Below, piece by piece: positions 12,521-26,300 of a DNA stretch of 64,000 bases. The number at the start of each line of letters is the position of its first letter. Within the stretch, counting starts at the first letter, position 1. This DNA comes from Veleropilina oligotropha (taxonomy: Eukaryota). Made by a program: the position numbers and the translations under genes. The stretch lies in assembly GCA_048128005.1 (NCBI GenBank), contig JBEUKZ010000135.1:124001-188000 (forward strand), in the 5' to 3' direction. The notes under the pieces were generated by a model. It was not told the origin of the DNA, did no database searches, and saw only the letters and a program-made list of their open reading frames with translations.

Positions 12521-13130
12521 CCGTTCTTGGCTGGGCTACATTACACTGTTATAATCAGTATTATGTGCTGGTTCTTTGGGGTTTTTAGTTTCAAGTATTG
12601 CCCCCAAATCGATGCAATATGTTTAATGTGATATTTATGATAGCTGCTTATAACGAGTACCACTTGGCTGAACACAATGCTGTTAACTTCCAGTCTATTC
12701 AAAACGTCGGTGATTGCCAATTAATATGTACAGTACAGCCATATTCCTGACTAGTCATCGTCCTTTATATATAATCAATATTGTTTATCATATCTAGCGA
12801 TTTGTTCTTTTGGTACTTAGCTTATAACATAAATTATTTAATGGCGATCACCGACGTTTTGAAGATATATATGGCAGATCCAAGACATATTTAAGACATG
12901 AAAATTGTTTCTCTATATTCGATTTCTGTCTAATCACTTGAAGTCGCTAGAATGCTATCCAGTGGTCTCCTGTGCTCACCAGCGCCGAACGGTAAACAAC
13001 CGTTTCAAGGGGTCAGCAATCAGAGGGTCATTGTTCTTCAAATAGAGGCGCGTAATTGAACTTAGTGACCCGAGTGGAACTAGTAAACTGATATGTTAAT
13101 GCGCTGATAAATACACATTGCTTTTGCACA

Positions 13131-13871
13131 TTACTCCCTAATAATATGTTTATAATATATGCTACATCCATTGGGATATACGGGCTTTATAGCAGGTTTC
13201 GGTTTGTGCTGGCGATCCAATGGTTCATCGCTTTCCATTGGATCGTTGGAAGGAGGAAGCAGCCCAGGTGGTTCGGGGCTCTCCGTCTGCCGGTGTAATT
13301 TGGCTGCTTCCGCCCTCCCACCCTTCGTGGCAGCAGCAACAATTTCCGAAGCAAGGTCCTCTATAATAGTATCGGTATCAATTTGGTCATCTGATGGTTC
13401 GTTGTACCAGACGGGTAGATACATACCACCGATGTATAGGGTGTTCATAATAGTGCGGGTGACTCGCGTCATCCACACCTTACTCACACCGGTGGCGACC
13501 GTGGTGTCAAAATGGTGGTACTCACGTACCATAGACTCTACCCGCCCAAAGACTGAAAAGGCCTCCTTAATATCGACGTCAGAGATTTCTAAAGGAACTC
13601 TGACGTTGATTAGCATGCGGTTTACATCAACGGGATGTAGCGGGCAGCTAACCCCGCTGATAGCAAGACCGCTATCTATTAACTTGTCTCTGATGGCCAG
13701 CGTGGCCACAGAGACGTGCCATATAGATTTTCTTATATGGATCAGGCCCTTAATAAGGCCGGGGCCTGTTACAATAACCCCCCTCAACGCACGATACACG
13801 TCCACTGCCGCCGTCTTATCGTGCCTTGTGTCTAATCGAAGGGACAGTGGTCTGGCTACAGAAGACGCCAT
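13131..13871 (-). CDS. Chimeric ORF: Tx1/L1-type ORF1 RRM region fused in frame to the C-terminal tail of Nimb ORF1
   Basis: The N-terminal part (VRVPLEISDVDIKEAFSVFGRVESM...TGV...LYIGG...VWY) is RRM-like, as in Tx1 ORF1/ZCCHC3. From NEPSDDQID onward it matches Nimb ORF1. Junction at ~13404. Confidence 0.75.
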   Translation of the reverse strand: MASSVARPLSLRLDTRHDKTAAVDVYRALRGVIVTGPGLIKGLIHIRKSIWHVSVATLAIRDKLIDSGLAISGVSCPLHPVDVNRMLINVRVPLEISDVDIKEAFSVFGRVESMVREYHHFDTTVATGVSKVWMTRVTRTIMNTLYIGGMYLPVWYNEPSDDQIDTDTIIEDLASEIVAAATKGGRAEAAKLHRQTESPEPPGLLPPSNDPMESDEPLDRQHKPKPAIKPVYPNGCSIYYKHIIRE

Positions 13872-14474
13872 AATATTCAGGCCACTGCCCCTTTTATAAT
13901 AATTCTATTAAACAAACAGGTTCGAAAGCCAAGCAACAAAATACTATAAATAAGTTGCTGGTAGGCGGCTATTGTTTCGTACGAAACGGTGGCCACCGAC
14001 GAGAGAACAAAGGCGGCAGCCTTTAGATGTCGATTTCAGTGCTATGCAAAGCCTAATATAAACTGCTAGCTGGGTGTAGAACCCGGATGTTAAGTTTAAA
14101 CTCGCCAAAAACAACTGGTTTGATGTATAAAACCCGAAAAAATTTAAAATAAAACTAGCGGTCCGCTAATAAATAATAAAATTAAGATACAAGTGTATTT
14201 GAAGGGTGTCGCTGGTGAAATTCGCGACGCACAAGTGTTGTTTCGTAACAATACTAACGGGAGATAACTCTCGCTAGTGGTTTGTTGACAACCCTTTTGA
14301 CAAATTTCAACCTTCAAATAGACAAAATTAACAATATATATTACAAAATCAACCTAGCGGTTGTTAAGTATAGTGCTTTATAGCAACCTTACAACCGAAA
14401 ACTCGAGTTGCAAGGTTGAAATAAAGAAAATTTAGATTAATAGCCGGGAGCGGGAGAAAACACGGCCGACGAGC
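13872..14474 (-). mobile_element. Probable 5' UTR of the Tx1-like element
   Basis: Lies directly upstream of the Tx1-like ATG, is duplicated at 22779-23381, and ends at a GC-rich boundary before a T-run. Confidence 0.4.
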
Positions 14475-14487
14475 TTTTTTGGTATCC

Positions 14488-14571
14488 AGTCAAATCGTCC
14501 CTTTGCCAAAACGTCCTCGCTTTTGTGAGTCAAAACGTCCTCGCTTTTGTGAGTCAAAACGTCCTCGCTTT
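14488..14571 (+). repeat. Short tandem array caaaacgtcctcgcttt(tgtgagt): 3 units here, 2 in the duplicate at ~23396-23453
   Basis: Read directly. It resembles subterminal repeats of non-autonomous DNA elements. Confidence 0.75.
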
Positions 14572-15763
14572 CAATGAGCCCGCGTATAGAGTAATGTTCA
14601 CGGATTACAGTACCAGTAATGGGTTTCTTGATCCATATTAAACTATTAACTAATATATTAATATTATTTAATTAAATAGTATTTTAATATTATTATTTGT
14701 TTCTATTTCTAGGCCATCAAGACTAGCAATAAATACAGAATATAGATGCTAGAAGCTCTTCATTAGGCCTAATAATACATTATTTGATGTTATTGTATAT
14801 AATTATATTATAACCACGAAAGGAAAATAAAATATATCTATTATTTAACATTTCCATAGCCTATATTATATAATAAAAAGGAAAAATGTGGTCGTGTTGT
14901 TTTGAAAAAGTGATCTTTAAAATGCATTAATATGTTATCATGATATAAATGTATTTATCACATGAATGCTGTGTTATGTTGGCTTCGATGATTTATATGT
15001 AAAATTGATGCTGTTGTAGCGAAAGGGTAGAATTGCCATAAGTTTACATTTCCAATGGTGAAATTGGTACATAGTACGAATATTGACTTTGCTCTAGTAC
15101 GATAATAAGTATATACAGTTTTTGTATACTGGTCCCAGGTTCTACTGTGCAAAAGATACATTTAAAAGTACATACAATGTTTGTCATGTGTTTATGACGT
15201 GCAACGACAGTTTGAAGAATGTACAGATTTGTATTTTGCACATTGGTCCTATTATGTTTATATCTTTTTGTGTGGATCACTTTACATTTTATGTTATATG
15301 AATAACGACTTTTGTCATGATTTAAATATGTGTTGCATTTGATATAGATGATGTGGATGAAAATATGAAGATTGTCAAATTACACCGGCGCAATTTCTTG
15401 CAATCATTTTGCAAATTGGCTGTGAACAGCATAATCATCGTAGAAATGGCAGCTGTTTTGTTTAAGAATTGCATGAAGGTGAGCTGACTATCGCTTATAA
15501 AGTCTTAAGTAAAATTCTGCTGGTCAATTTCTGCAGTCTTACAGAGCTATAACCATATTAGGTCATATATGGTAGTAGGTATCCCAACACACAGGCCTAA
15601 TTAGTGTTGTGAACTGATAGCATGGCTATGAATTGTGCGAATATTGCATTGGTTCAATAGTCTATATTATATGATATGTGCAACATAATAAAACAAATTT
15701 GGTAACATTAAATGATGGATGAGATAAGTGATGTTTATAGTGAATTTGAAAAAGAAGCTGTGC

Positions 15764-15790
15764 GGATAGGGGTCGAAACGACCCCTATCC
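15764..15790. repeat. Perfect hairpin ggataggggtcg-aaa-cgacccctatcc (also at 24646-24672)
   Basis: 12-bp inverted repeat with a 3-nt loop. Confidence 0.9.
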
Positions 15791-16198
15791 TAAATATAGA
15801 TAAGCAGAAATGAACATGAAATAGCTATGACGTGTAAACAGTATCCGGAAGGGGCTGCAACTCTGTATCACCATAGAGAAGCAATTGAAGACTTTTTGCA
15901 TCACAGAGAGAGTAGAAATTTAAAATTGAAAATTGTATTTTGAGAGTATGGTGAGACGGCGTCATCTGAACTAATAGAATCAATGTATCACTGTAAACTT
16001 ACCAATCTTGTGTCTGAGCATGAATTTGGAGACCTTGATATTTTTCAGTTCAAAAAGCATCATGCATCGCTATACTTTCACTCAGGTGTCCAAATTGTTA
16101 AGTGCAACAAGACACTATCTGTATATTTTTGTGAAAATTCACCAGCCGACCAAGCAAAGTTATTAGCACTGTGTAGGAAAAAGAGTGTTGAATACAGA

Positions 16199-16372
16199 CA
16201 ACAAGAACCACGGTCCGATATGTCTCGCCCTTTAAATATATATATCCATGTATCAGAAAATTCCATTCAATGAAAAACTTTAACCGAAAAAACTTTAACC
16301 GAAAATGACACGACGCCGACGCCGGAAAATGTAATCCCTAAGTGTCGCTTTCCCTTCGGGGCGAGACAAAAA
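16199..16372. mobile_element. ~170-bp non-autonomous Helentron/HINE-like insertion
   Basis: Subterminal inverted repeats tgtctcgccc / gggcgagaca, an internal (gacgcc)n microsatellite that varies between copies, and a terminal aaaaa. Removing it joins KKSVEYRQ to KYVEYEKKVV. Confidence 0.6.
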
Positions 16373-17838
16373 TATGTTGAATATGAGAAAAAGGTAGTGA
16401 ACTTGATGAAAGAAAAACTTGACGAGTGCAATCGCAAATGAAAGAAAAGGAATCCAAAAAGACTGAACATAAGGTCTATTTAATTGACACTGTTCAACGG
16501 CAAAGAGGGCCATGCATAACTGGCATTGATGTGGATTTGGTGATGAAACTTTGCGAGTCTGACGCAAAGATGAGATAGGCTTTGAAAAACGAAATGAGAT
16601 ATTTAAAGACCATCTTGGGTGTTAAAGACAAACAGTTGATATTTGGTAACAAATGTGCTAGTGAGCTCTGTAAAGCATTAAAGGACATCTTAACTCTGTC
16701 CACTGCCGTAAAAATAATTGATAGGATTCACGACCAGAGGGCAGAAAATGGCAAGCGTATAGCCAGTGACGATCTTGATGCTGCCAATAAAAGGATTAGA
16801 ATTAATGAACCTTTCTGAATTTTTCATAGGAACTGTTATTGATGTCGTAGATTGTGATAAATTAATGCTGTACTTCAGTTTATGTCAAAGAGTGCCAAAA
16901 ACACATTTAAGTGGCCACGTGTTGATGATGTTTCAACAGTTGAAAGTAAATTTGTTGTAGTTCATAACTTTGATGTTAATACAAGTAATGGAAGGACATG
17001 GAATGTGCCCGAGGTTGACTATATTAACAGCATTTTTGAGGATTACAAAAACATGTACTTTTCAGAATTGGATTGTGTAGACCTGTAAATTGGTTTATAA
17101 ATTATATTAACTTTGGTCACATCCTGTGACATGATTCATATTTTAATATTTATTAATTTGTACAAATCATTTGTGATAACTTCTCAAATGGAATGATACA
17201 TTGTATCTGTTAATTGCTGTCGCTGTTGGCTTCACATGAACATGAATGGATATTGAATTCATCAGATGGTGGATTATGATTATTATTATGTAAAATGTAT
17301 AAATAGCAATCATTTCTTTCTATTATATATTTCTGTTCTGGATGTATGCTTTACCTAAATAAATTGTTTTTTTCTCATTTATTGCTACTATATGTAAACT
17401 AAATTGTGTAATGAACATAACGATGAAAGACATTTGTCATTTTGCATCATATTTAATGCTATATATTTGCACATAATATTATAGATATGATATCACAAAT
17501 ATATCTTGATATTGATTCTATCTTTATTAAAGAGTATTCCAAATTTGAAGGCTTTATCTCTTCTGGTTCTTTATTTATGAATGTTCAAAATGTTTGCAAT
17601 TTTGACTAAAATGTCCAGATTTTGTCTTTCGGGCCAATGGATATTTTGATATTTTGATAATGGATATAATAACGACGTACTGTTAACCATAGTACAAGCA
17701 ATTTCAGCATTGTGGAGTCAATAACTTTTAAATTATGTGTCTTGGAAAATGTCTCCTTGACCATTTTGGCAAGAATTCGCGATGACATATTTTCTTGTCA
17801 AATGATTCCATCATGCTTCATTCATAGTTCTATACAAA

Positions 17839-20800
17839 CTCCCTCTGTGCTTGTAAGCTAGAGAGGGAGTCTGAAAAGATAATAAAACGCCGTTTAGTAC
17901 TTGTAGAGATAAAATTAAGAGCAAGCTCTATTGCTTTTAGTTCTGCAGTATATATAGTCGCGCTGCCTGGCAGACGGTTTTGAAAACATTGTCTGCCAGT
18001 GACAGCGGCTGCTCCTACTAATTCTGCATCTTTTGAACCATCTGTGTATATGCTTTGTACGATCTGAGTATTTCAGTTTCAAATCGTGCACTTTTGTGAG
18101 ATAATCTGATGTGTCTGTGTTTGTTTTTTTGAGTGATGCAAGCTGCAGGTCAATCACCGTTGCTTTTAGTGTCCATGGTGGCGTATCCGAAATGTGATTT
18201 GTTTTAATTTGACCTAAATGTATGCCTGCGTTTTCAAGCGCTGGTTTAATGCGGATGCCGAATGGTGAAATTTTGTTTGGTTTTGCCAGAAATAAATTTT
18301 CGTAATTAGGTGTAAATACAGTTTCGAAAGCTGGGTGTGATTTTAATTTGATTGCATATTGCAGTGATAATTTTTCACGTCTGTGTGTAAGAGATGGTTC
18401 ATTGGCTTCGACATAGAGGCTTTCCATGGGTGATGTTCGTGAAGCCCCAAGTGCAAGTCGAAGCCCTTGATTATGGATTGGATCAAGCATTTTAAGATAT
18501 GAATGGCGAGCAGAGCCATATACTATGCTCCCATAATCAAGTTTTGATCTAATTAATGATCTGTATAATCGTAATAAAACTGTTTTATCAGCACCCCATT
18601 CAGTATTATAAACTACTTTCATTAGATTCAAAGCGTTCTTGCATTTAGCTTTGATATATTTTATAGGAGGTATGAAAGTCAGTTTGCGGTCAAATATAAG
18701 TCCTAAAAATTTAAATTGGGCCACGACTGGAATCTCAAAGTCATCCAGTTTTAGCACAGGGTCGTCATGAATTTCACGATGCTGGCAGAAATGCATGCAT
18801 TTAGTTTTGTCCTTTGATAATTTAAATCCATTCTCTTCGGACCATATCTGTAATTTATTTAGGCCGTGTTGTAGCTGGCGTTCTACACTGTTCATATTTG
18901 TTGAACGATAGCAAATGCCAAAATCGTCAACAAATAATGAACAGTCAGTGCCAGTACTAATACATTTGACGATACTGTTGATCTTAACACTGAATAGGGT
19001 GACTGATAAAATGCTTCCTTGAGGGACACCCATCTCCTAGTCGTGGATATCGGAGAGGGTGTCACCCACCTTCACTTGAAAATTTCTATCCTCAAGGAAT
19101 TTCGAAATAAAATTGGGCAAGTGGCCCTTTAAACCAACATCAAACAAATCCTTCATAATCCCGTACTTCCAAGTAGTGTCGTAAGCCTTCTCTAGATCGA
19201 AAAATACAGCAACTAAATGTCTGTTTAGGAAGGCCTCACGAACAAAAGTTTCCAGACGTACCAAGTGATCTGTGGTGCTCCGGTTGCGCCGGAACCCACA
19301 TTGATATTCTGTAAGTAAATTATTTGATTATAAGTACCAAACTAATCTCTCGTTTATCATCCTTTCCATGGTTTTACAAATACAACTCGTCAGGGCTATG
19401 GGTCGATAACTGCTGGGATGTGATGTATCTTTCAAATTGAGCCTTGTTTTTTTCTTTTTGATGTTTAAAATGGCTGAATTTTGGAGTGCAGTTGTCGGAT
19501 GATGAATTGGCATAAAATGTGTCTGCCAAGGTGTTTGCGATGTCTTTAGCCGTGTTGGCTTCTGAATTGGTTGTTTTAAAATGCCTGATGCAGTTGGGTG
19601 TATGCTTGCCGCTGATTTTACGGATCATATCGCATGTTTTTTTAATAGTAGAACGACAGTTTAGTAACGTAGGAATGCCAGGATTCCCTTTTGCTATGCT
19701 TGATGGTACGTCTGGCTTGTGCTCTTAATAGCCTAAAGCTATTAAGATTTTGTAGTGTTGGGTACTGTTTAAATGTTGAAATTGCATGTATGCGTGCTTT
19801 GATTGCTTGTCTGCAGTCTTCATTAAACCAAGGTTTGCTTTTGTGTTTGGCATTTGTACAGGTTTTTGGAATTGATAGTGTTGCAATGTCGTGTGGTGTT
19901 GTAGCGAAACTTGATATTGCGTCTTCGCCATTAGTAAGGTGACCTTCGTGTAATTGGTCTTCACAAAGAGATTGGAATTTCCCCCAATCTGCTTTGTGAA
20001 GTTTCCACCTTTCTGTGTGTTCTTGTGCTTGGTTAATTGTGCTTTCCAGGAAAATTGGAAAGTGGTCGCTTCCACGGAGGTCCTCACCAACTTTCCAAGT
20101 AAAGTCCAGGAAAGCAGATGGGTCGCACATGGTAAGGTCAATGGTGGTAAGTGAGCCTGTAGCTGGATGCATGTATGTTGGCGATTTTGTATTATTAAAT
20201 AAACACAGATTGTGTTTCCCAATAAAGTCCTCTATTTAATGTCACCGTTTGTCTGTGTCAGTACCGATCCGCACTGTGGGCATTAAAAACGACACACAGT
20301 ACAAATGGGGTCGGTAACTGATCGATGAGATTGTCAAGGTCAGTAGGTCGTAAGTTTGGACCAGGTGGTAAGTATACCGAGCAGATAGTTATTACTTGGT
20401 GAATCGATATTTTCACCGCTACTGCCTGTAAGTTGGTGTTTACGTTGACCTGGCTGTGTGGTGTTTTGTTGTTGATGATGATTGAACCCCCCCCCCCTGT
20501 AGCCTTGTCACCTGTTGTGACAATGTGATTATATAGCGAGTGATCTTTAATGCGTATGTTTCATGTAAGTTTCATTGAGACAAAATGCTATTGGTTTGTG
20601 TTCTTTTATTAATAGACTGATCTCATCAATATTGGGTTTAATGCCTCTACAATTCCATTGTATTATTGTGCCTGACATGCTGGTTTAATGGTGTGTATTA
20701 GTATATATGTGTGTAATGTTATGTTTAAATTTGTCTATTTGTTCGGTGGAACTACGGGCTTTATAGCAGGTTTCGGTTTGTGCTGGCGATCCAATGGTTC

Positions 20801-20978
20801 ATCGCTTTCCATTGGATCGTTGGAAGGAGGAAGCGGCCCAGGTGGTTCGGGGCTCTCCGTCTGCCGGTGTAATTTGGCTGCTTCCGCCCTCCCACCCTTC
20901 GTGGCAGCAGCAACAATTTCCGAAGCAAGGTCCTCTATAATAGTATCGGTATCAATTTGGTCATCTGATGGTTCGTTG
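17839..20978 (-). mobile_element. Degenerate 5'-truncated Nimb-like LINE (unit 1 copy)
   Basis: Fragmented APE/RT ORFs 17915-20172 with stops and an internal deletion, plus the ORF1 tail at 20735-20978. Confidence 0.9.
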
Positions 20979-22778
20979 TACCAGACGGGTAGATACATAC
21001 CACCGATGTATAGGGTGTTCATAATAGTGCGGGTGACTCGCGTCATCCACACCTTACTCACACCGGTGGCGACCGTGGTGTCAAAATCGTGGTACTCACG
21101 TACCATAGACTCTACCCGCCCAAAGACCGAAAAGGCCTCCTCAATATCGACGTCAGAGATTTCTAAAGGAACTCTGACGTTGATTAGCACGCGGTTTACA
21201 TCAACTGGATGTAGCGGGCAGCTAACCCCGCTGATAGCAAGACCGCTATATATTAACTTGTCTCTGATGGCCGGCGTGGCCACAGAGACGTTCCATATAG
21301 ATTTTCTTATATGGATCAGGCCCTTAATAAATAGAATAGAATTTGTTTGGGTTTAGGAAGTGCATTACTGCCACTCATATTAAAACCCATTGTCGTTTCT
21401 GGTCATCTATAGCCTGCCCTGTTTCTTAAAATAATCATCTATGCGGTTTTTAAATTGGTTTACAGATGTTGATTCTACTACATTACTAGGAAGACTGTTC
21501 CATTCATCGACAACCCGATTTGAGAAAAAGTGTTTCCTAACGTCGAGTCGGAATCTTTTTTTGTAAACTTTGTATTTATGGCCCCTGGTCGGTCTTTGGT
21601 TCATCTGAAAAAAGAAAGTACTGTCAACATTGTCTTTTCCTGTACACATTTTAAATACCTGAATCATATCCCCCCGTGTCCTTCTCAAAGACAATGTTGT
21701 GAGGTTAAGTGCTCTTAGTCTATCCTCATAAGGTAATTCTCTCAATTCGCCTATCAATTTTGTGGCTCTTCTTTGAACTTGTTCAAGAATTTTGATATCC
21801 TTTGCAAGATATGGGCTCCATGCTTGCACTGCATATTCTAAATGCGGTCTAACCATTTGCTTGTATAAGCGTGTTATGATGACTCTGGATTTAAAATTAA
21901 AGTTTCTCTTTATCATTCCCAATATTTGATTTCCCTTTTTAGCTGATTCTGCACATTGATTTGATGGTTTAAACGTATTGTCTACCCATACACCCAAATC
22001 TTTCTCTTTTGTTACTACTTCTAAGGTATCTGAACCCATTTTATAATTGAAACTTTTGTTGTTATAACCCGCATGCAATACCTTACATTTACTGGTGTTA
22101 AAAAGCATTTGCCAATCCTCTGACCATTTTACCAGATTGTTTAAATCACTTTGAAGTGTTTTTGCATCTTCTTCAGTTTCAACAATTCTGTACAATTTGG
22201 TATCGTCTGCAAACTTTTTTACAAGAGACGTAATGACGTCATCAATGTCATTTAAATATATAAGAAACAGCAATGGGCCCAAAACAGAACCTTGTGGGAC
22301 TCCACTTAGTACCGGCTCCCACTTTGACTTGATCCCATTTATTACAACCCTCTGTTTTCTATTTTCTAGCCACATCCTTATCCAGTTTAATATTGGGCCT
22401 TTCAGACCATGGTTACTTAATTTTTGTATCAGCCGTTTATGTGGTACTTTGTCGAATGCCTTTTGAAAATCAAGATATATTATATCAACTGGTTTGCCCG
22501 TATCTATGGCGGTTGTTACATCTTCAAAAAATTCCAGTAAGTTGGTTAAACAAGACCGTTTCGCCATAAACCCATGCTGACTAAGGTTTAGCAAGTCAAA
22601 TTTATTAATGTGTTGTAAAATAGCATCCTTTAAGATAGATTCCATGATCTTGCCTACTATCGAGGCCGGGGCCTGTTACAATAACCCCCCTCAAGGCACG
22701 ATACACGTCCACTGCCGCCGTCTTATCGTGCCTTGTGTCTAATCGAAGGGACAGTGGTCTGGCTACAGAAGACGCCAT
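20735..22778 (-). pseudogene. Second Tx1/Nimb chimeric ORF, interrupted by a CR1 insertion
   Basis: 20735-21330 plus 22664-22778 reconstitute the 13131-13871 ORF, here with the complete Nimb ending KPVVPPNK. Confidence 0.85.
21331..22663 (-). mobile_element. 5'-truncated CR1-clade LINE with uninterrupted RT C-terminal ORF (21407-22645)
   Basis: QHGF, DFQKAFDKVPH, GVPQGSVLGP, FADDTK, RPHLEYAVQAWSP, and an (attct)n 3' tail. The empty site cccttaataa|ggccgggg is visible at 13747-13764. No clear TSD. Confidence 0.95.
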
Positions 22779-23381
22779 AATATTCAGGCCACTGCCCCTT
22801 TTATAATAATTATATTAAACAAACAGGTTCGAAAGCCAAGCAACAAAATACTATAAATAAGTTGCTGGTAGGCGGCTATTGTTTCGTACGAAACGGTGGC
22901 CACCGACGAGAGAACAAAGGCGGCAGCCTTTAGATGTCGATTTCAGCGCTATGCAAAGCCTAATATAAACCGCTAGCTGGGTGTAGAACCCGGATGTTAA
23001 GTTTAAACTCGCCAAAAACAACTTTTTTGATGAATAAAACCAGAAATAAAAAAAAATAAAACTAGCGGTCCGCTAATAAATAATAAAATTAAGATACAAG
23101 TGTATTTGAAGGGTGTCGCTGGTGAAATTCGCGACGCACAAGTGTTGTTTCGTAACAATACTAACGGGAGATAACTCTCGCTAGTGGTTTGTTGACAACC
23201 CTTTTGACAAATTTCAACCTTCAAATACACAAAATTAACAATATATATTACAAAATCATCCTAGCGGTTGTTAAGTATAGTGCTTTATAGCAACCTTACA
23301 ACCGAAAACTCGAGTTGCAAGGTTGAAATAAAGAAACTTTAGATTAATAGCCGGGAGCGGGGGAAAACACGGCCGGCGAGC

Positions 23382-26300
23382 TTTTTTGGTATCCAGTCAA
23401 ATCGTCCCTTTGCCAAAACGTCCTCGCTTTCAGAGTCAAAACGTCCTCGCTTTCAATGAGCCCGCGTATAGAGTAATGTTCACGGATTACAGTACCAGTA
23501 AAGGGTTTCTTGATCCATATTAAACTATTAACTAATATATTAATATTATTTAATTAAATAGTATTTTAATATTATTATTTGTTTCTATTTCTAGGCCATC
23601 AAGACTAGCAAGAAATACAGAATATAGATGCTAGAAGCTCTTCATTAGGCCTAATAATACATTATTTGATGTTATTGTATATAATTATATTATAACCACG
23701 AAAGGAAAATAAAATATATCTATTATTTAACATTTCCATAGCCTATATTATATAATAAGAAGGAAAAATGTGGTCGTGTTGTTTTGAAAAAGTGATCTTT
23801 AAAATGCATTAATATGTTATCATGATATATATGTATTTATCACATGAATGCTGTGTTATGTTGGCTTCGATGATTTATATGTAAAATTGATGCTGTTGTA
23901 GCGAAAGGGTAGAATTGCCATAAGTTTACATTTCCAATGGTGAAATTGGTACATAGTACGAATATTGACTTTGCTCTAGTACGATAATAAGTATATAAAG
24001 TTTTTGTATACTGGTCCCAGGTTCTACTGTGCAAAAGATACATTTAAAAGTACATACAATGTTTGTCATGTGTTTATGACGTGCAACGACAATTTGAAGA
24101 ATGTACAGATTTGTATTTTGCACATTGGTCCTATTATGTTTATATCTTTTTGTGTGGATCACTTTACATTTTATGTTATATGAATAACGAATTTTGTCAT
24201 GATTTAAATATGTGTTGCATTTGATATAGATGATGTGGATGAAAATATGAAGATTGTCAAATTACACCGGCGCAATTTCTTGCAATCATGATGCAAATTG
24301 GCTGTGAACAGCATAATCATCGTAGAAATGGCAGCTGTTTTGTTTAAGAATTGCATGAAGGCGAGCTGACTATCGCTTATAAAGTCTTAAGTAAAATTCT
24401 GCTGGTCAATTTCTGCAGTCTTACAGAGCTATAACCATATTAGGTCATATATGGTAGTAGGTATCCCAACGCACAGGCCTAATTAGTGTTGTGAACTGAT
24501 AGCATGGCTATGAATTGTGCGAATATTGCATTGGTTCAATAGTCTATATTATATGATATAAGCAACATAATAAAACAAATTTGGTAACATTAAATGATGG
24601 ATGAGTTAAGTGATGTTTATAGTGAATTTGAAAAAGAAGCTGTGCGGATAGGGGTCGAAACGACCCCTATCCTAAATATAGATAAGCAGAAATGAACAGG
24701 AAATAGCTATGACGTGTAAACAGTATCCGGAAGGGGCTGCAACTCTGTATCACCATAGAGAAGCAATTGAAGACTTTTTGCATCACAGAGAGTGTAGAAA
24801 TTTAAAATTGAAAATTGTATTTTGAGAGTATGGTGAGACGGCGTCATCTGAACTAAGAGAATCAATGTATCACTGTAAACTTACCAATCTTGTGTCTGAG
24901 CATGAATTTGGAGACCTTGATTTTTCTCAGTTCAAAAAGTATCATGCATCGCTATACTTTCACTCAGGTGTCCAAATTGTTAAGCGCAACTAGACACTAT
25001 CTGTATATTTTTGTGAAAATTCACCAGCCGACCAAGCAAAGTTATTAGCACTGTGTAGGAAAAAGAGTGTTGAATACAGACAACAAGAACCACGGTCCGA
25101 TATGTCTCGCCCTTTAAATATATATATCCATGTATCAGAAAATTCCATTCAATGAAAAACTTTAACCGAAAAAACTTTAACCGAAAATGACACGACGCCG
25201 AAAAATGTAATCCCTAAGTGTCGCTTTCCCTTCGGGGCGAGACAAAAATATGTTGAATATGAGAAAAAGGTAGTGAACTTGATGAAAGAAAAACTTGACG
25301 AGTGCAATCGCAAATGAAAGAAAAGTAATCCAAAAAGACTGAACATAAGGTCCATTTAATTGCCACTGTTCAACGGCAAAGAGGGCCATGCATAACTGGC
25401 ATTGATGTGGATTTGGTGATGAAACTTTGCGAGTCTGACGCAAAGATGAGATAGGCTTTGAAAAACGAAATGAGATATTTAAAGACCATCTTGGGTGTTA
25501 AAGACAAACAGTTGATATTTGGTAACAAATGTGCTAGTGAGCTCTGTAAAGCATTAAAGGACATCTTAACTCTGTCCACTGCCGTAAAAATAATTGATAG
25601 GATTCACGACCAGAGGGCAGAAAATGGCAAGCGTATAGCCAGTGACGATCTTGATGCTGCCAATAAAAGGATTATAATTAATGAACCTTTCTGAATTTTT
25701 CATAGGAACTGTAATTGATGTCATAGATTGTGATAAATTAATGCTGTTCTTCAGTTTATGTCAAAGAGTGCCAAAAACACATTTAAGTGGCCACGTGTTG
25801 ATGATGTTTCAACAGTTGAAAGTAAATTTGTTGTAGTTCATAACTTTGATGTTAATACAAGTAATGGAAGGACATGGAATGTGCCCGAGGTTGACTATAT
25901 TAACAGCATATTTGAGGATTACAAAAACATGTACTTTTCAGAATTGGATTGTGTAGACCTGTAAATTGGTTTATAAATTATATTAACTTTGGTCACATCC
26001 TGTGACATGATTCATATTTTAATATTTATTAATTTGTACAAATCATTTGTGATAACTTCTCAAATGGGAATGATACATTGTATCTGTTAATTGCTGTCGC
26101 TGTTGGCTTCACATGAACATGAATGGATATTGAATTCATCAGATGGTGGATTATGATTATTATTATGTAAAATGTATAAATAGCAATCATTTCTTTCTAT
26201 TATATATTTCTGTTCTGGATGTATGCTTTACCTAAATAAATTGTTTTTGTCTCATTTATTGCTACTATATGTAAACTAAATTGTGTAATGAACATAATGA

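Larger units (their letters stand above)
15340..17088 (+). pseudogene. Decayed DNA-transposase-like coding region (family unresolved)
   Basis: Chain of collinear fragments (LTNLVSEHEFGDLD...KRNKT, a Lys/Glu coiled stretch, and FKWPRVDD near the C-terminus) with many stops and frameshifts. Repeated at ~24220-25964 and inverted at 57664-58789. Confidence 0.45.
13179..20752. repeat. Tandem segmental duplication unit 1 (~7.6 kb); unit 2 is 20753-36437 with later insertions; unit 3 stub is 36438-36674
   Basis: Near-identical small ORFs occur in both units. The units share a Nimb ORF2 deletion (RLN/LKDTSHP junction at ~19432 and ~29032), the LNRHLVAV codon loss and the Tx1/Nimb junction. Confidence 0.9.

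Noticed and set aside
13020..13080. Possible 5.8S rRNA remnant to pair with the 18S fragment
   Set aside because: The similarity is too weak, and it lies on the wrong side of the 18S end for rDNA order.
13159..13899. 246-aa plus-strand ORF (also 20688-21356, 9036-9491, 34694-35221)
   Set aside because: Antisense shadows of LINE ORF1 sequences.
14488..14571. Short repeats resembling a CRISPR array
   Set aside because: Tandem units without unique spacers, no cas genes, and a eukaryotic context.
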